From: Carcharhinus amblyrhynchos
Taxonomy: Eukaryota
Length of the DNA: 64,000 bases
Reading direction: 5' to 3'
Assembly: GCA_965287045.1 (NCBI GenBank)
Contig: OZ336877.1
Location: forward strand, 59,706,001 to 59,770,000
The notes under the pieces were generated by a model. It did no database searches. It had not been told where the DNA came from and saw only the letters and a program-made list of their open reading frames with translations. Both the position numbers and the translations under genes were made by a program. Shown here one piece after another: positions 1-12,419 of the stretch. Each line of letters starts with the position of its first letter. The first letter of the stretch is position 1.

Positions 1-415
1 GCAAGAATACCAAATGGAATCAGAACAATAATTTATCTTGCACGAGAAGAGTGTGCAGATTGGTTGGTAATTGGCTCTGATTGGTGGAGGTATTTGCAGA
101 CAGCAGCAGCATGTCCTCCAATTGCACTTTTTTTTCAATTAAACAAAAACTTGGGTGATAGCCTTTCTCTGGTTCATTCCCCATAGCAAAGCATTGACTC
201 ATCAGAGTTGATTCGCTGGATTGATTTTAACCAAAACCTTGTGCACTCTCCATGACAATGCCTCTAGCAATCAGAGCTTACATGCTAACTAATCAGCATT
301 CTCTCTTCATGCAGTGTACATTGTTGTTCCCTTTATAACTGATATTTTTGTGAATATGTTCTGATGAGTGCAAGACATAAAAACTTCATCAGCATGTCCC
401 TTTTTCAATTATATA
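1..415. mobile_element. Old, degenerate fold-back element, probably Penelope-like (PLE), with a hammerhead-core relic
   Basis: About 1-95 is an imperfect inverted copy of about 255-350 (e.g. GCTCTGATTGGTGGAGG vs CCTCTAGCAATCAGAGC). CTGATGA lies at 361-367, followed by a decayed GAAA-like segment. Truncated by the window start. Confidence 0.4.
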
Positions 416-602
416 AACTCTGAGTCTTCCAGGGGCAAAATGTTAGATCACTCAGTCTACCTGGGAGTCATTTGCATAGAAAATACAAGAGCCTGTGGAA
501 AGAAGAATATGACATCACTTTCTTGAAGGATTGGAATCCTCCTCAAACTGGACTTCTATTAAATATAGCTTCCCTATTGCTTCTTGTGATGGAGTAAAAT
601 CG

Positions 603-1371
603 GATCTCAAACAATGATGAAACAGAGTATAAGAAAGAGATAGAAAATCCAGTGAACTCATGTGGCAACAATAATCTCTCCCTCAATGTCAACAAAACGA
701 AGAAGATTGTCATCGACTTCAGGAAGCATAAAGGAGAACATGCCCCTGTCTACATCAATGGGGATGAAGTAGAAAGAATCAAGAGCTTCAAGTTTTTAGG
801 TGTCCAGATCATCAACAATCTGCCCTGGTCCCCTCCATGCTGCTGCTATAGTTAAGCCCACCAACGCCTCTACTTTCTCAGAAGCCTGAGGAAATTTGGC
901 ATGTCTGCTACGACTCTCACCAGCTCTTACAGGTACATCATAGAAAGCATTCCTTCTGGTTGTATCATAGCTTGGTATGGCTCCTGCTGTGCCCAAGACC
1001 GCAAGGAACTACAAAAGGTCGGAAGCCCAATCCATGACACAAACCGGCCTCCCATCCATTGACTCTGACTACACTTCCCGCTGCCTCGGCAAAGCAACCA
1101 GCATAATTAAGGACCCCACGCACCCACCTTCTTCCTTTGAGGAAAAGATACAAAAGTTTGAAGTCACGTACCAACTGACTCAAGAACAGCTTATTCCCTG
1201 CTGCTGTCATACTTTTGAACGGACTTACCTTGCATTGAGTTGCTCTTTCTCTACATCCTAGCTACATTCTGCACTCTCTCATTTCCTTCTCTATGAATGG
1301 TATGTTTTGTCTGTATAGTAATGCATGTGACAGTAATAAACCAAATCAAATCAAATCAAATCAAATCAAAT
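603..1371 (+). mobile_element. Rex1/Babar-type LINE, 5'-truncated and degraded 3' fragment
   Basis: RT C-terminal motifs NNLSLNVNKTKKIVIDFRK and FKFLGVQI, with frameshifts. The 3' end has AATAAA plus a (CAAAT)n tail at ~1342-1371. Confidence 0.88.
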
Positions 1372-2682
1372 CTTGTCAGATATCTTCTCAAACACTGTCT
1401 CATCCATCTTTCATCCACCCTGTGCTGGTCTCCTTCCATTATAATTGCACATCAGAGAATGTCCATTGGGAATCCCAAAGTTGGCACTCAGAACCTCATA
1501 TTGTGAGTGGGGGCAAATATTTCCTGGTGATTTCAGCACCTTCAGGCTTTTAGCAGCAAGTCCAGTTCAAATTAGTGGAAGGCAAAGCAAAATGATGTTT
1601 TAAAATCTCTTCAGTAACTTCAGAAATGTTGACAGTTTCTCCAGGCTTTTGAATCCAAAGTAAAATACTTCCAGCTATGCCAGCCAATGCTGGCAACAAG
1701 TATATCGCAATATCCAATGGGAGAGCAGGTCCTGGGATTTCAGAACTCCAGTGCTATTGTTGCTCATTTTAATATATTCTAATGATATCATCATAGCTTT
1801 GATGAGGATAGGCATGGAAGGTCTCAGAGCAGGTTGAGAACTATCACATAGCCATAACAGAATAGAAACAAATTCTGTTCAAGAATCCACCCACAAAATT
1901 CCTGTTTATTTCAGAAACCACCCAAAAACATAGAAAGCATCAGCACCATTTTTTTTCACACAGTGGTCTCCTGTTGCTTGTTAAATTGCTAAATTCAGGG
2001 ACTGCATCCGCAGGGTATACTGAAAACCTGTGCCTATGCAACTTCATATTGTTTGCAAAATGTATGGCATTGGTGACTTTTAAAGCACTTTATGACCTGT
2101 AAAGACCAAATGAAAATAAAATGGATTTTGGAATTGGGTAGAAATGCTCATTCAGAATTGAAGGAACCAGGTGAATCGCAAGATAAACCGCTAGTCATTG
2201 CCCTAACTGGTTGAAGTAACATTACTGATCTGAATGGAATATAATTATTCCATTAATACACATTAACACAAATTAATAAGAAGGGCGGACTGTAATTTAA
2301 TAGTGTTTTTGTCTGACACTTTAGATAGAGTACTATTCTAATCCTGACTGTAATTAAAGCATTTAACTTGAATCACAATTTACTTAGATTTGGATACATT
2401 TGGTTAACTTTGCTCTGTCACACTTAATCACATGCTATTACCCACAAACGTCATGATACCTCAGTAAACAATTCCTGTAGAAAATCATTCGAGAGAATTG
2501 GATAAAATAATGAGATAATATATCTGTTTTTTTAGAATGTTACTGCAACTGCTTATCAATCATAGCATCTTTCCTACTTAGAAAAGATAATCTGAGAATT
2601 TATGAGTAGAATATGCTAAAGGAACAAAGAAGAAAATGTCGGTGAGGCATTTTGTATGTATGTTGTTAACCCGTACCCTTTA

Positions 2683-3385
2683 TGAACATACAAACTCGGA
2701 GCTGGCCCTCAAACCTGCTTCACCACTCAATAAGAACATGGCTGATTTGCTGGAATTTCAAGTTCTACCGTAAGATCGTAAGACCTTAAGACATAGGAGC
2801 AGAATTAGGTCACTCGGCCCATCGAGTCTGCTCTACCATTCAATCATGACTGATACTTTTCTCATCCCCATTCTCCTGCCTTTTCCCCAGAATACCTGAT
2901 CCCCTAATTAATCAAGGACATATTTACCTCTGTCTTAAAGACACTTAATGACCTGGCCTCCACAGCCTTCTGTGGCAAAGAGGAAAAGAAGGATAAAAGA
3001 ATATATATTTTAGTCTACCCCCAATAACTTTGATTCCCCTGCCTAACAAGAAACTATCTACTTCTGTCTTGAAAAAATTCAGTCATCCAGCCTCCACTGC
3101 CTTCTGTTGCAGAGAATCCTAAAGTTTTACAACATCCTGAAAGACAGAAAATCCTCCTCATCTCTGTCCTCAAAGGGTAACCCCTAATTTTAAAACAGTG
3201 CCCCCTGGTTCTGGACTCACCCACAAGAGGAAGCATCCTTTCCATCTTTCCATGTCCACTTTGTCAAGACCATTCAGGATCTTACATACTTCAATCAAGT
3301 CATCCCTTACCCTTCTAAACAAGCCCACTCTGCATAACTTTTCCTCAAGAGACAACCTGTTCATTCCAGACATCAATCTATGCAA
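2683..3385 (-). mobile_element. CR1/HER1 LINE 3' fragments; a younger tail (~2771-2990) is nested in an older copy
   Basis: Minus ORFs give LEEKLCRVGLF/RVRDDLIEVCKILNGLDKVD and GESRTRGHCFKIRG, typical of the CR1 ORF2 C-terminus. Two 3'-UTR tails are present. Confidence 0.8.
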
Positions 3386-3714
3386 AGTGTGAGAAAAAAA
3401 AAGTTAGTGAAAAGATTTAGAGAATATGCTATGGATTTACAATCAGGAATTAAAAATTAGGAAGATTTTGACGTTCAAAAGAAAAGAATGCAGGGTTAAG
3501 AAAATTAGAATCATTAATCAATTTTATTTATGAATATTGAACATTACGCTGGATTTGGATGTATTTGTCTGTTACTTTGATAAACATACTGACTTTGAGG
3601 ATGACCATTTATCTAAATCTTAGGTTAATTTTCCTGTCAACATATATCTGCCATCTGTCGTGACAGCAAAAAGACAGACGTTTCCACACACATTTGTTTT
3701 CTGTGTAGAAATGA

Positions 3715-3875
3715 AGGAACTTCCTCCCGAACAGAACTGTGGATGTATTTATGCCACATGGACTGCAGCCGTTCAAGAAGGCAGCTCACCACCACCTTCT
3801 CAAGGGCAATTAGGGAAGGGTTTAAATTTTGCCCGAGTCAGTGAAGCCCACATCCCTTGAGTGAATAAAAAAAGA
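3715..3875 (+). mobile_element. 3' tail of a CR1-group (L2/Crack-like) LINE
   Basis: GCAGCTCACCACCACCTTCTCAAGGGCAATTAGGG...CCCACATCCC...GAATAAAAAAA. The same tail ends the LINE at 53340-55505. Confidence 0.7.
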
Positions 3876-4151
3876 CAGATTGTCAGTCAGCTTAGTCAGA
3901 GCAGCTGAGTTTAGGTGGTTTAATTGGAGGAAATGCGTCAGAGCCCTTATAATTCAGTTGAGAAGGTATGGGTCTTTATTAGTGGAGAATTGCACATCAG
4001 TGCAGAGTGAGAAGAGAATGACAGAACATTTACGAAGGAGGCAGCTACGTAAAAAACTGGGAAGTGCCTAAAAGTTGGAAATAAGTTAAGCAGAATAAAA
4101 GGAAAGTGAAAAAGTAAATCAATGATCACTGAGGAAAATCAGAAGAGATTC

Positions 4152-5659
4152 TGTGGCTATAGAAGAATTGGGTTGCAATAACTGGCAACAAGGGACTGGT
4201 GTTTATTAACAGAAACTGAGCTACTTACATGCTATGTGTCTGCCCGTGCTCTGGGAGAACTCCTACACTCCCTACATGTAATCCCTTTTGTACTTGCATC
4301 ATCCAAACATCTATGTGACCACCCAGTCTACATCTTCGCCGATTAAGCTAGTGCAACCAACAGTACTGAGATATAACAATGTAGAAGAACAGTCACAAAA
4401 TATGAACTATTTACAATATATAAAATTAAACAAGGCTAACAACACATAACCATTTACAATGTGCAAAATACTGATTGAGGTACTATAGCTGGCATGTTGC
4501 TCAATGTGGCTCTTTTACCACCACCCCCCCGCCCCACCTTTTAAAACAAAGTCCATTCATAGACTAGTTTGTCACATAGTTCTTGAACCTTGCATATGAA
4601 TGTGGGATTGTACCAGTTGGCTGTGCCTGAGATACCCTTGGATTGGTGTCTTTGGTATGAATGGCATCAGGTGTCCTTGTGGTGCACCCCAAGGCTGCAA
4701 GGTTTGCTGAATTGCTCTCTGAAGGGTCCTCCCATCTCCATTGGTGTGGGCTGCCTGGATTACAGGCTGGATACATGGGGTTTGGTGGTGGTTGAAGGTG
4801 CTGAAGTACTTCAGTAGGTGACACCAGTTTTGTATATACTGAGAACCGTCTAAGGTGCCCACATAGCTGTTTGGCTCCTTTGAGGACTTAATCTTCTGTT
4901 CTGTGATTGATGGCATCCCAGTTGGAACAGGGCATGCTCTGGACCACAGAAACCTATGTTTCCCACCTTAACTCTTTGCTGCTTCTTTGCTGATGGCAGA
5001 TTCCAAGGTGAAACCTTTTGTGAAGAAGCTGGTTGTGTGCAGCATCACTATGGTCCCACACACAACACAATCTCTCACCCACTTGTCTGTGAACGTGCCA
5101 AACTTACATTTCTCTGAGAGAACTTTTTAAAGTCACAGTGACTGAATAGGCTCATCAAACTTTTGGTTGGCTGCATTGAATGCGAGTCCATCCAGCATGA
5201 TTTTTTTTTCAGGCATGCATATGTGCTCAAATCTTTTCAGTAATATTTCAGAATCCTCCTTCTCTTCCTCTGCTTGTAAAACAAAGGACTCGAATTTTTC
5301 AACCAACTTAGGGCCAGCTGAATCTAAGAGATGAACATCTGTACCTTCTTTGATTTGTCTGATAGGCTGGAACTGCAGTGGATACACTACTCTTTTTCAA
5401 ATTTTGTCAGGTTGTCTGTGATGTTTTCATCAAACATAGGCAGATCAACATGGCACAGCGCCTGTACCACTCTGCAGATTCCTGAAGCAATATAGAAGTA
5501 TTAGGTCGCAGTAATTGGCAATAAGACATGTTTATTAACAGGATCTGAGTAGCTATTACATTCCATGTATCTGCCTGCACTTTGGGAGAACTCTTGCGCT
5601 CTCAACATGTGATTGCTTTTGTATATGCATCATTCCAATGTCCATGAGACTGGTCTACA
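4152..5659 (-). mobile_element. Internally deleted Ty3/Gypsy-type LTR retrotransposon
   Basis: Diverged direct repeats at ~4152-4332 and ~5483-5659 (TG..CA ends). Gag-like remnant at 5133-5387 (ILLKRFEHICMPEKKIMLDGLAFNAANQKFDEPIQSL). Integrase C-terminal-like remnant at ~4564-4900 (PNSYV...QYIQNWCHLLK; ARFKNYV). Confidence 0.72.
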
Positions 5660-7680
5660 ATGGTATCTTCACGAAGTGGAAATGGTTGAGAACTTCATAT
5701 TTTTAGGTGCCCAGATCACCAATAACCTGTCCTGGCACCCCCATGCTGACACTATTGTTAAGAAAGTGCACCAATGTCTCTACTTTTTCAGAAGACTAAG
5801 GAAATTTGATATGTCCGCTACAACTCTCACCAACCTTCACAGATGCACAATAGAAAGCATTCTTTCTGGTTGTGTCACAGCTTGGTATGCTTCCTGCTCT
5901 GTCCAAGACTGCAAGAAACTACAAAGGGTTGTGACTGAAGCCCAGTACATCTCTCAAACCAGCCTCCCATCCATTGATCCTATCTACACTTCCTGCTGCC
6001 TTGGAAAAGCAGCCAGGATAATTAAGGACCCCACACATCCCAGACATATTCTCTTCCACCTTCATCAATCTAGGAAAAAGATACAAAAGCCTGAAGACAT
6101 GTACCAACCGACTTAAGAACAGCTGCTTCCCTGCTGCCATCAAACTTTTGAATGGACCTATCTCACATTAAGTTGATCTTTCTCTACATCCTAGCTATGA
6201 CTGTGGCACTACATTCTGCAGTCTCTCCTTTCCTTCTCTATGAACTAGAGGGAGCGTTATGGAACTCAGGGAGAGACACTGTGAGGTTCCAGAGAAAATT
6301 ATTATGGAGAATGATAAGATGTTGGAAATATTGGAGAGCTTAAAAGCGGACAAATCTCCAGGTCTGGATGAATTGTGTCCCAGGCTGTTGTGGGAGGCAA
6401 GGGAAGAAATTGCAGGGGCTCTGACCCAAATTTTTAATTCCTCCCTGGCCACTGGGCAGGTGCCAGAGGCCTGGAGAACAGCTAATGTGGTCCCACTATT
6501 TTAGAAAGGTTGTAGAGACATACCAGGGAAATATAGACCAGTGAGTCTCACATTTGTGGTTGGGAAACTACTGGAGAAGCTTCTGAAAGAGAGATTCTCT
6601 TTCCATTTGGAGAGGCAAGGATTGAACAGGAATAGTCAGCATGATTTTGTCAGAGGGAGGTCATGCCTAACAAATTTGATTGAATTTTTTGGACATGTAA
6701 CCAAGTGTAGGGATGAGGGTACTGCATTTGGTATACTTTACATGGATTTCACCAAAGCCTTTGACAAGTCCCACATGGGAGACTTATTAAGAAGGCTAAT
6801 GCACATGGGATGACAAGGTGACTTAGCGGTAGAAGACAGAGGATGTTAACAGAGAGCTGCTTTAGTGACTGGAGGCCAATGACCAGTGGCATACTACAGG
6901 GATCTGTACAGGGCCCCCTGTTGTTCATCATTTATATAAATGACATAGATGACAATTGGCTTTATCAATCGGGGTATAGATTACAAAAGCAGAGAGGTCA
7001 TGATGGAGTTGTATAGAACGTTGATGAGAGCACAGCTGGAGTCCTGTGTGCAGTTCTGGTCACCACATTGTAGGAAGGGCGTGAATGCTCTGTAGGGTGG
7101 GTGCAGAGCTCATTTACCAGGATGCTGCCTGGGATGGAACATTTAAGTTATAAAGAGGTTGGATTGGCTTGGGTTGTTTTCGTTGGAGCAGAAAAGACTG
7201 AGGGGCAATCTGATTGAGGTGTTCAAGATTATGAAGGGCATGGACAGGGTGAATAGGGAGCAACTGTTCCCCTTAGTTGAATGGTCAGTTACGAGGGGAC
7301 ACAAGTTAAAAGTGAGGGGTGGGAGGGGATTTAAGGAAAAGTTTTTTATTCAGAGGGTGGTGACAATGAATGCACTGCCTGGGAAGGTGGTGACAGCAGG
7401 ATGTCTCACATCCTTTAAAAAGTACCTGCATGAGTACTTGGTCCACCATAACATTCAAGACTATGGCCAAATGCTAGCAAGTGGGATTAAGGGGCAGGTC
7501 AGGGCATTTCATGTGTCGGTGCCAACTTGATGGGCAAAAGGGCCTCTCCTGCATTGTAGAAATCTGTGATTTTGTGGTTCTGTGATTCTAAATGGTGCTT
7601 TGTCTGTATAGCACGCAAGAAACAGTGCTTTTCACTGTATACTAATACATGTGAAAATAATAAATTAAATCAAATCAAAC
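5660..7680 (+). mobile_element. Rex1/Babar-type LINE 3' fragment, split in its 3' UTR by a CR1
   Basis: ORF 5613-6116 gives FLGAQITNNLSW, KKVHQCLYFFRRLRKF and YTSCCLGKAARIIKDPTHP. The 3' UTR stops at ~6244 and resumes at ~7590, ending in (CAAAT)n. Confidence 0.87.
6245..7590 (+). mobile_element. CR1/HER1 LINE ORF2 fragment (RT), degraded with an internal deletion
   Basis: DKSPGLDELCPRLL, WRTANVVPLF, SQHDFVRGRSCLTNLIEFF, YMDFTKAFDK and GLFSLEQKRLRGNLIEVFKIMKG motifs, with a (TTCTGTGA)-like tail. Confidence 0.92.
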
Positions 7681-7749
7681 CTCTTGATAGCAAATACTAA
7701 AAAAGAATGTAACAATGACAGGCATCTCTCCAGTGTTCATTTTGGGTTT

Positions 7750-8035
7750 GCGTGCCTCATTGCTGCCAGGGACCCGGGTTTGAATCCTGGCTTGGGTCAC
7801 TGTCTGTGTCGAGTTTGCACGTTCTCCCTGCATCAGTGTCAGTTTCCTCTAGGTGCTCTGGTTCCCTCTCACTGTCCGAAAGATGTGCTGATTAGGTGCA
7901 TTGGCCATGCTAAATTGCCCCTCAGTGTTGGGGGACCAGCAGGGTAAATAGGGGGATAGGGCCATAGTGGGACTGTTGTCTGTGCAGGTTGGATGGGCTG
8001 AATGGCCTCCTTCAGCACTGTAGGGATTCTATGAT
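7750..8035 (+). mobile_element. HE1-like tRNA-derived SINE
   Basis: B-box-like GGGTTTGAATCC, V-domain-like GAGTTTGCACGTTCTCC and a CR1-derived tail ending CACTGTAGGGATTCTATGA. Confidence 0.85.
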
Positions 8036-8039
8036 TTTG

Positions 8040-8440
8040 GCTGCATGCTAAGCTTCAATCCACCCACACATCATTGATGTTCGTTATTGAAACCCTCTTC
8101 CATGAAGCAACCAGCTTCAGGTGTGAATGTTCCACCAGCCTCCTTGATAGTCCTTCAAGATACACTGCACAAATCCACCACAGCTCAGTCTTTGTATCCA
8201 ATATTGTATCAGTTTTTATCACCTCTGTTGCCACTTTTCAGAGACCATCCTCCCCACATTACTGCACAAATTTCAGAATTCTGGTAAGGGGTAATTTTAA
8301 TCAAAACAATCTGGTAGGAACTGACAATTACCCTTTAACCTTCATTTACATATATGCTTAGCTCCCAAATGCAACTTCTGATGAAGAGTCACCAACCTGA
8401 AATTTTATTTCTGCTTCTCTTGACAGAAGCTGCCTGACAT
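8040..8440 (+). mobile_element. Degraded PLE 3' remnant with a hammerhead-like core
   Basis: CTGATGAAGAGTCACCAACCTGAAA at ~8378-8402, then TCTCTTGACAGAAGCTGCCTGAC. Similar termini occur at 18230-18355, 20815-20950 and 30690-30770. Confidence 0.45.
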
Positions 8441-8444
8441 TCTT

Positions 8445-8835
8445 AATTTATGCATTCATGGGATGTGAGCGTCGCTGACTGGGCCAGAATGTCACTGACT
8501 GGGTCAGTATGTCACTAGTTGGGCCAGTATGTTACTGGTTGGGCCAATATGTCAGTGGTTGGGCTCATATGTTGCTGGCTAGGCCAGCATTTATTGTCCA
8601 TCTCTGAGAGCATTTAAGAGCTGAGCACATTGCTGTAGATCTGGAGCCATGTGTAGGCCAGACCAGGTAAAGACCTGGTAGGTTTTCTTCCCTAATAGAT
8701 ATTAGTGAATTAGATGGGTATTTACAACAATGGGTTCATGGTCATCATTAGGCTTTTCATGCCAGTTTTTTTTTACTGAATTCAAATTTCATCATCTACC
8801 ATGGTGAGATTTGAATGCAGGTCCACAGATTATTT
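8445..8835 (-). mobile_element. CR1-group LINE 3' tail containing an internal 20-bp tandem expansion
   Basis: Same sequence family as 11740-12085, 18355-18720 and 23905-24270 (GGCCAGCATTTATTG, TGTAGGCCAGACCAGGTAA, GAATTCAAATT). Confidence 0.75.
8471..8590. repeat. Six degenerate tandem copies of a 20-bp unit (~GTCACTGACTGGGCCAGTAT)
   Basis: 20-bp periodicity directly visible. Confidence 0.9.
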
Positions 8836-9349
8836 TCCATTTTTACTTAAGATTTACAGCACTTGCAACATTTTGCTTTAGTATCATTTAAATGAATGTG
8901 ACCATGGCAGATTTCTCTTTCTGGCCTTTCTGACCACTTCTGCAGTATTTCTTCACTTGGGATTGTCAAACAGTCAGAAAGCTGCCTGGGCCAAACTATT
9001 CCTGTACCTGTGGAGATCTTACAGGCTGCAGCCAGACCATTTGAGGTTCATGCTTGATGAAGTTACAGTAAACTAAGATGCATTTGGAGTGCATGTGCAT
9101 AAATGCCTGGAATTTGGTAAATAAGGCTGAAAGCACAATTATCCAAATAGGATTAAGATACTGGGATAACAGGAGATCTGAATCAAACAACTAGAGAAAC
9201 TGACATTTATTGTCAGAATCTTATCAGCCTTTTGGAGATGAGTTTGGAGATGGGAGGGCAGGGAATTTTTGAAGTGTGTGCATAGGGTCTTCTTCCCAAT
9301 GGGTTCCCTCCTCTGAGTCACCATTTGGGAGGTGGGTCAGACCATCTGT

Positions 9350-9640
9350 GAGGTCACTGTCTGTGTGGTGTTTGCACATCCTCCCCGTGTCTGTGTTGGT
9401 TTTCTTCAGGCGCTCCGCTTTCCTCCCACAGTCCAAAGATGTGCAGGTTAAGTGGATTGGCCATGGTAAATTGCCCCTTCGTGTTCCAATATGTGTAGGT
9501 AAGGGGGATAAGTGGGATAAATATGTGGGGTTACTGGACAGGGCAGGGGGATGGGCCTAGGTAAGATGCTCTGTTGGAGAGTTGGTGCAGACTCATTGGG
9601 CCGAATGACCTCCTTCTGCCTAGAAGGGATCCTATAATCT
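9350..9640 (+). mobile_element. HE1-like SINE (5'-truncated)
   Basis: GGTCACTGTCTGTGTGGTGTTTGCACATCCTCCCCGTGTCTG...TTCCTCCCACAGTCCAAAGATGTGCAGGTTA plus the CR1-derived tail. Confidence 0.82.
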
Positions 9641-10869
9641 CTGTGTCTGGCAACAGTGGATAGTCAATTAATGGCAATTAAGGGTATACCCAGGCAAAAA
9701 TTGGCAATGATGCCAAGATCTTACCAGCCTGTAGACACCTGAAGGTAGCCTCCTGGTGGCCTCCTTTAATTCCTGTACATCCCCAGAGCCTCAGATATCA
9801 GCCTCTGGTACAGCTGTGTAGGCCAACATTTCGAGACATTATCCCTCTATACAGATGGTGTGACAGCTGTAGTCACATGTATTTTTAACATTTTCAGAGC
9901 AGGACGCTGCTGGAGCAACATGGGTATTTGTTGTCTGAAGTTGCACAGGTGCCTGTCAGGTTGTGTGTAATATTGCCAATGCTAGGATGTGTCATTTGCT
10001 TTGACCATTGATATCACGAGAGCAGAATCCAAAGCAGTGGATCTGGAAAAATAAATGTTCAGTGGTACAGCATACATAGAATCATAGAATTCCTACAGTG
10101 CAGAAGGAGGCCATTCGGCCCCTCAAGTTTGCACCGAACATAATCCAACGGAGGCCCTATCTCCCCCTAACCCCATATATTTATCCTGCTATTCCCCCCA
10201 CTGTGTCAAAGCTTTTTCTCATATCCATCCAGTCAGTTCCATTCCCTGCCTCTGTGAGGTAAACAACTGCCTCCAAGTTTTGTTTCTTGTTTTGTTTTAT
10301 TTTCTTCCAAAATCAGATTGCTGGATTGTAAGACCATGTTCCACATTGTCAGAGTTAATACAATTATTTTTTAATCATTACTCTGGATTAAATGAGGAAG
10401 TCCCTTCTCTGTGAAAGAGATGCTGCTTGCAATCCTCTATTTCACATCAGGAGCATTTTTTAATGCTTTGCCTAAGTATCATGGCGCCTGTAGTCTCAGA
10501 CATAATTTAAAGAGGATTAAGGAAAATTCTAATAATAGGTCAGAGAAATCTATTGATGGTTCAAATTTAGTCTGGGAGGAACCACTTTATCCTTGAATAT
10601 GCACAGTTGATATTGAAATTTTCACCTTACAAGTGAAAACAAGGCAGAGTTACAAAATGAAACAGCATGGTAAAGTTTTGAACATTACTCCAATTGACAA
10701 AACACCGATTGGACATTGCACTCGTCAACAGTAAACAAAACAGTAACAATTCACTTAATTCAAATTGACTTATGAACGTCACTTTCAAGAGTGGAGCTAA
10801 ATGTAGCTATTAGAGAGGGTGCAAACTGACAGGCAAATGCAATGGACAGCCACACAAATCTACCAATTG

Positions 10870-11420
10870 TTGCAGAAAGAAGTTTTTCCTCATGTCGCCT
10901 CTGGTTCTTTTATTAATTGTCTCAAAGTTCTCAACATTCTGTTAATGGGAACAGTTTCTCCCAACACATCTAACAAATCTCTCAGCCTACTTTCCTCCGA
11001 AGGACTAAGAGTTCCAGCTTTGCCAATCCATCCACATAACTGTAGCCTGGCATTCCTGGAACCATTCTTATAATATTTTTCTGCAGCCTTCCTAAGCTTT
11101 CACACTCTTCCCACTGAGGCTGAACTGCTGTTTTATGAAGGTTCATAACTGATTTGTTTTTGTACTCTGTGCCTCTATGTATAAAACACAGTATAATTAT
11201 TCAGTGTAATTCAGTATAAGTATTATATTCAGTATAATTCCTGCTTTCTCAACCCTGCCCTGCCACCTTCAAAGATTTATGCGCATATGGTCATTCCATT
11301 ACTGCATTTCCTTTAGAATTGTACTCCTTACTTTCTACTACCTCTCCTTGTTCCTCTGACCAACATGTATAATTTCATCCTTCACGACATTAAGTTTCAT
11401 CTGCCACATGACACTACTGA
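10870..11420 (-). mobile_element. Old CR1 LINE fragment
   Basis: Degraded reverse-complement CR1 ORF2 3' sequence (TTTTGTACTCTGTGCCTCT, GCCACCTTCAAAGATTTATG, TTTCATCTGCCAC). Confidence 0.6.
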
Positions 11421-11739
11421 CACTAATACTTTTCACTTAAAAAGCAGAGTTTTCTTGATGTTTGGGGCTCAAATGATTAATACACAGAAAAACAACATAA
11501 TAATGCGTTTAGAAATTAAATAGCCTATACATTTCCTAGAACTCCTGATTTCAAAATGTGGCACTACACCACTGGGTGGATTGGAGTCAAAGGGCGCAAA
11601 GTTACCAGCCGTTCATGCCACGCTGCTGCTGCAGTGAAGTCAGAGAATTTGGCATCCAGCCAAATCTCCATTCGCTGTAGTGCGATGGGAAAATTCCACC
11701 GGCATGAATAGCCATAACATTCCAGCAAAACAGTAATTT

Positions 11740-12085
11740 TTAAAATTCGTTTGTAAGACATGGGTGTCACTGGCTGGCCAGCATTTATTGCCTATCCCTA
11801 GTTGTCAGAGGACAGTTGAGAGTCAACAACATTGCTAAGGATCTGGAGTCACATGTAGGCCAGATCGGGTAAGGATGGCAGATTTCCTTCCCTGAATAAC
11901 ATTAGTGATCCAGATGGGTTTTTCCGACAACTAACAGTGGTTTCATGGTCATCGGTAGATTTTAATTCCAGATATTTTTATTGAATTCAAATTCTACCAT
12001 CTGCCATAGTGGGATTTGAACCCGGGTCCCCAGAACATTTGCTGAGTTTCTGGATTAATAGTTGAGTGATAATACCACTGGGCCT
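11740..12085 (-). mobile_element. CR1-group LINE 3' tail
   Basis: Colinear with 18355-18720 and 23905-24270. Confidence 0.78.
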
Positions 12086-12419
12086 CCCCCTGAATAATGG
12101 GAAGTGTTCAAAAAGGAGATAGTTCAGGTAAAGACTAGTGTTAAGGGTACAAGAGGACTAATTTAAACAGAATTGATTTTCCTCTCACCACTTGTGCATA
12201 AACAGAGAGGTGCATTGATTTGTTTCCCTTTTTATAAGCCGTGGTATATTTCCCAGCCCCTCCGATTTGGTGTGATCCAATTTTCTATTAATAATTTTAC
12301 AGCAAACTGGAGATAGGATGAACTCAAAGAGTTGTTTTATTGCACACATTCAAACCATGAAAGGAGGGTCGCAACATCACACCCACACTCCAGACAATAA
12401 TAGATGTGTGAACAACATT

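Noticed and set aside
8850-9070. Possible exon, with open frames on both strands (e.g. AAWAKLF on plus, WPRQLSDCL on minus)
   Set aside because: Several frames are equally open and donors are weak, so no call is supportable.
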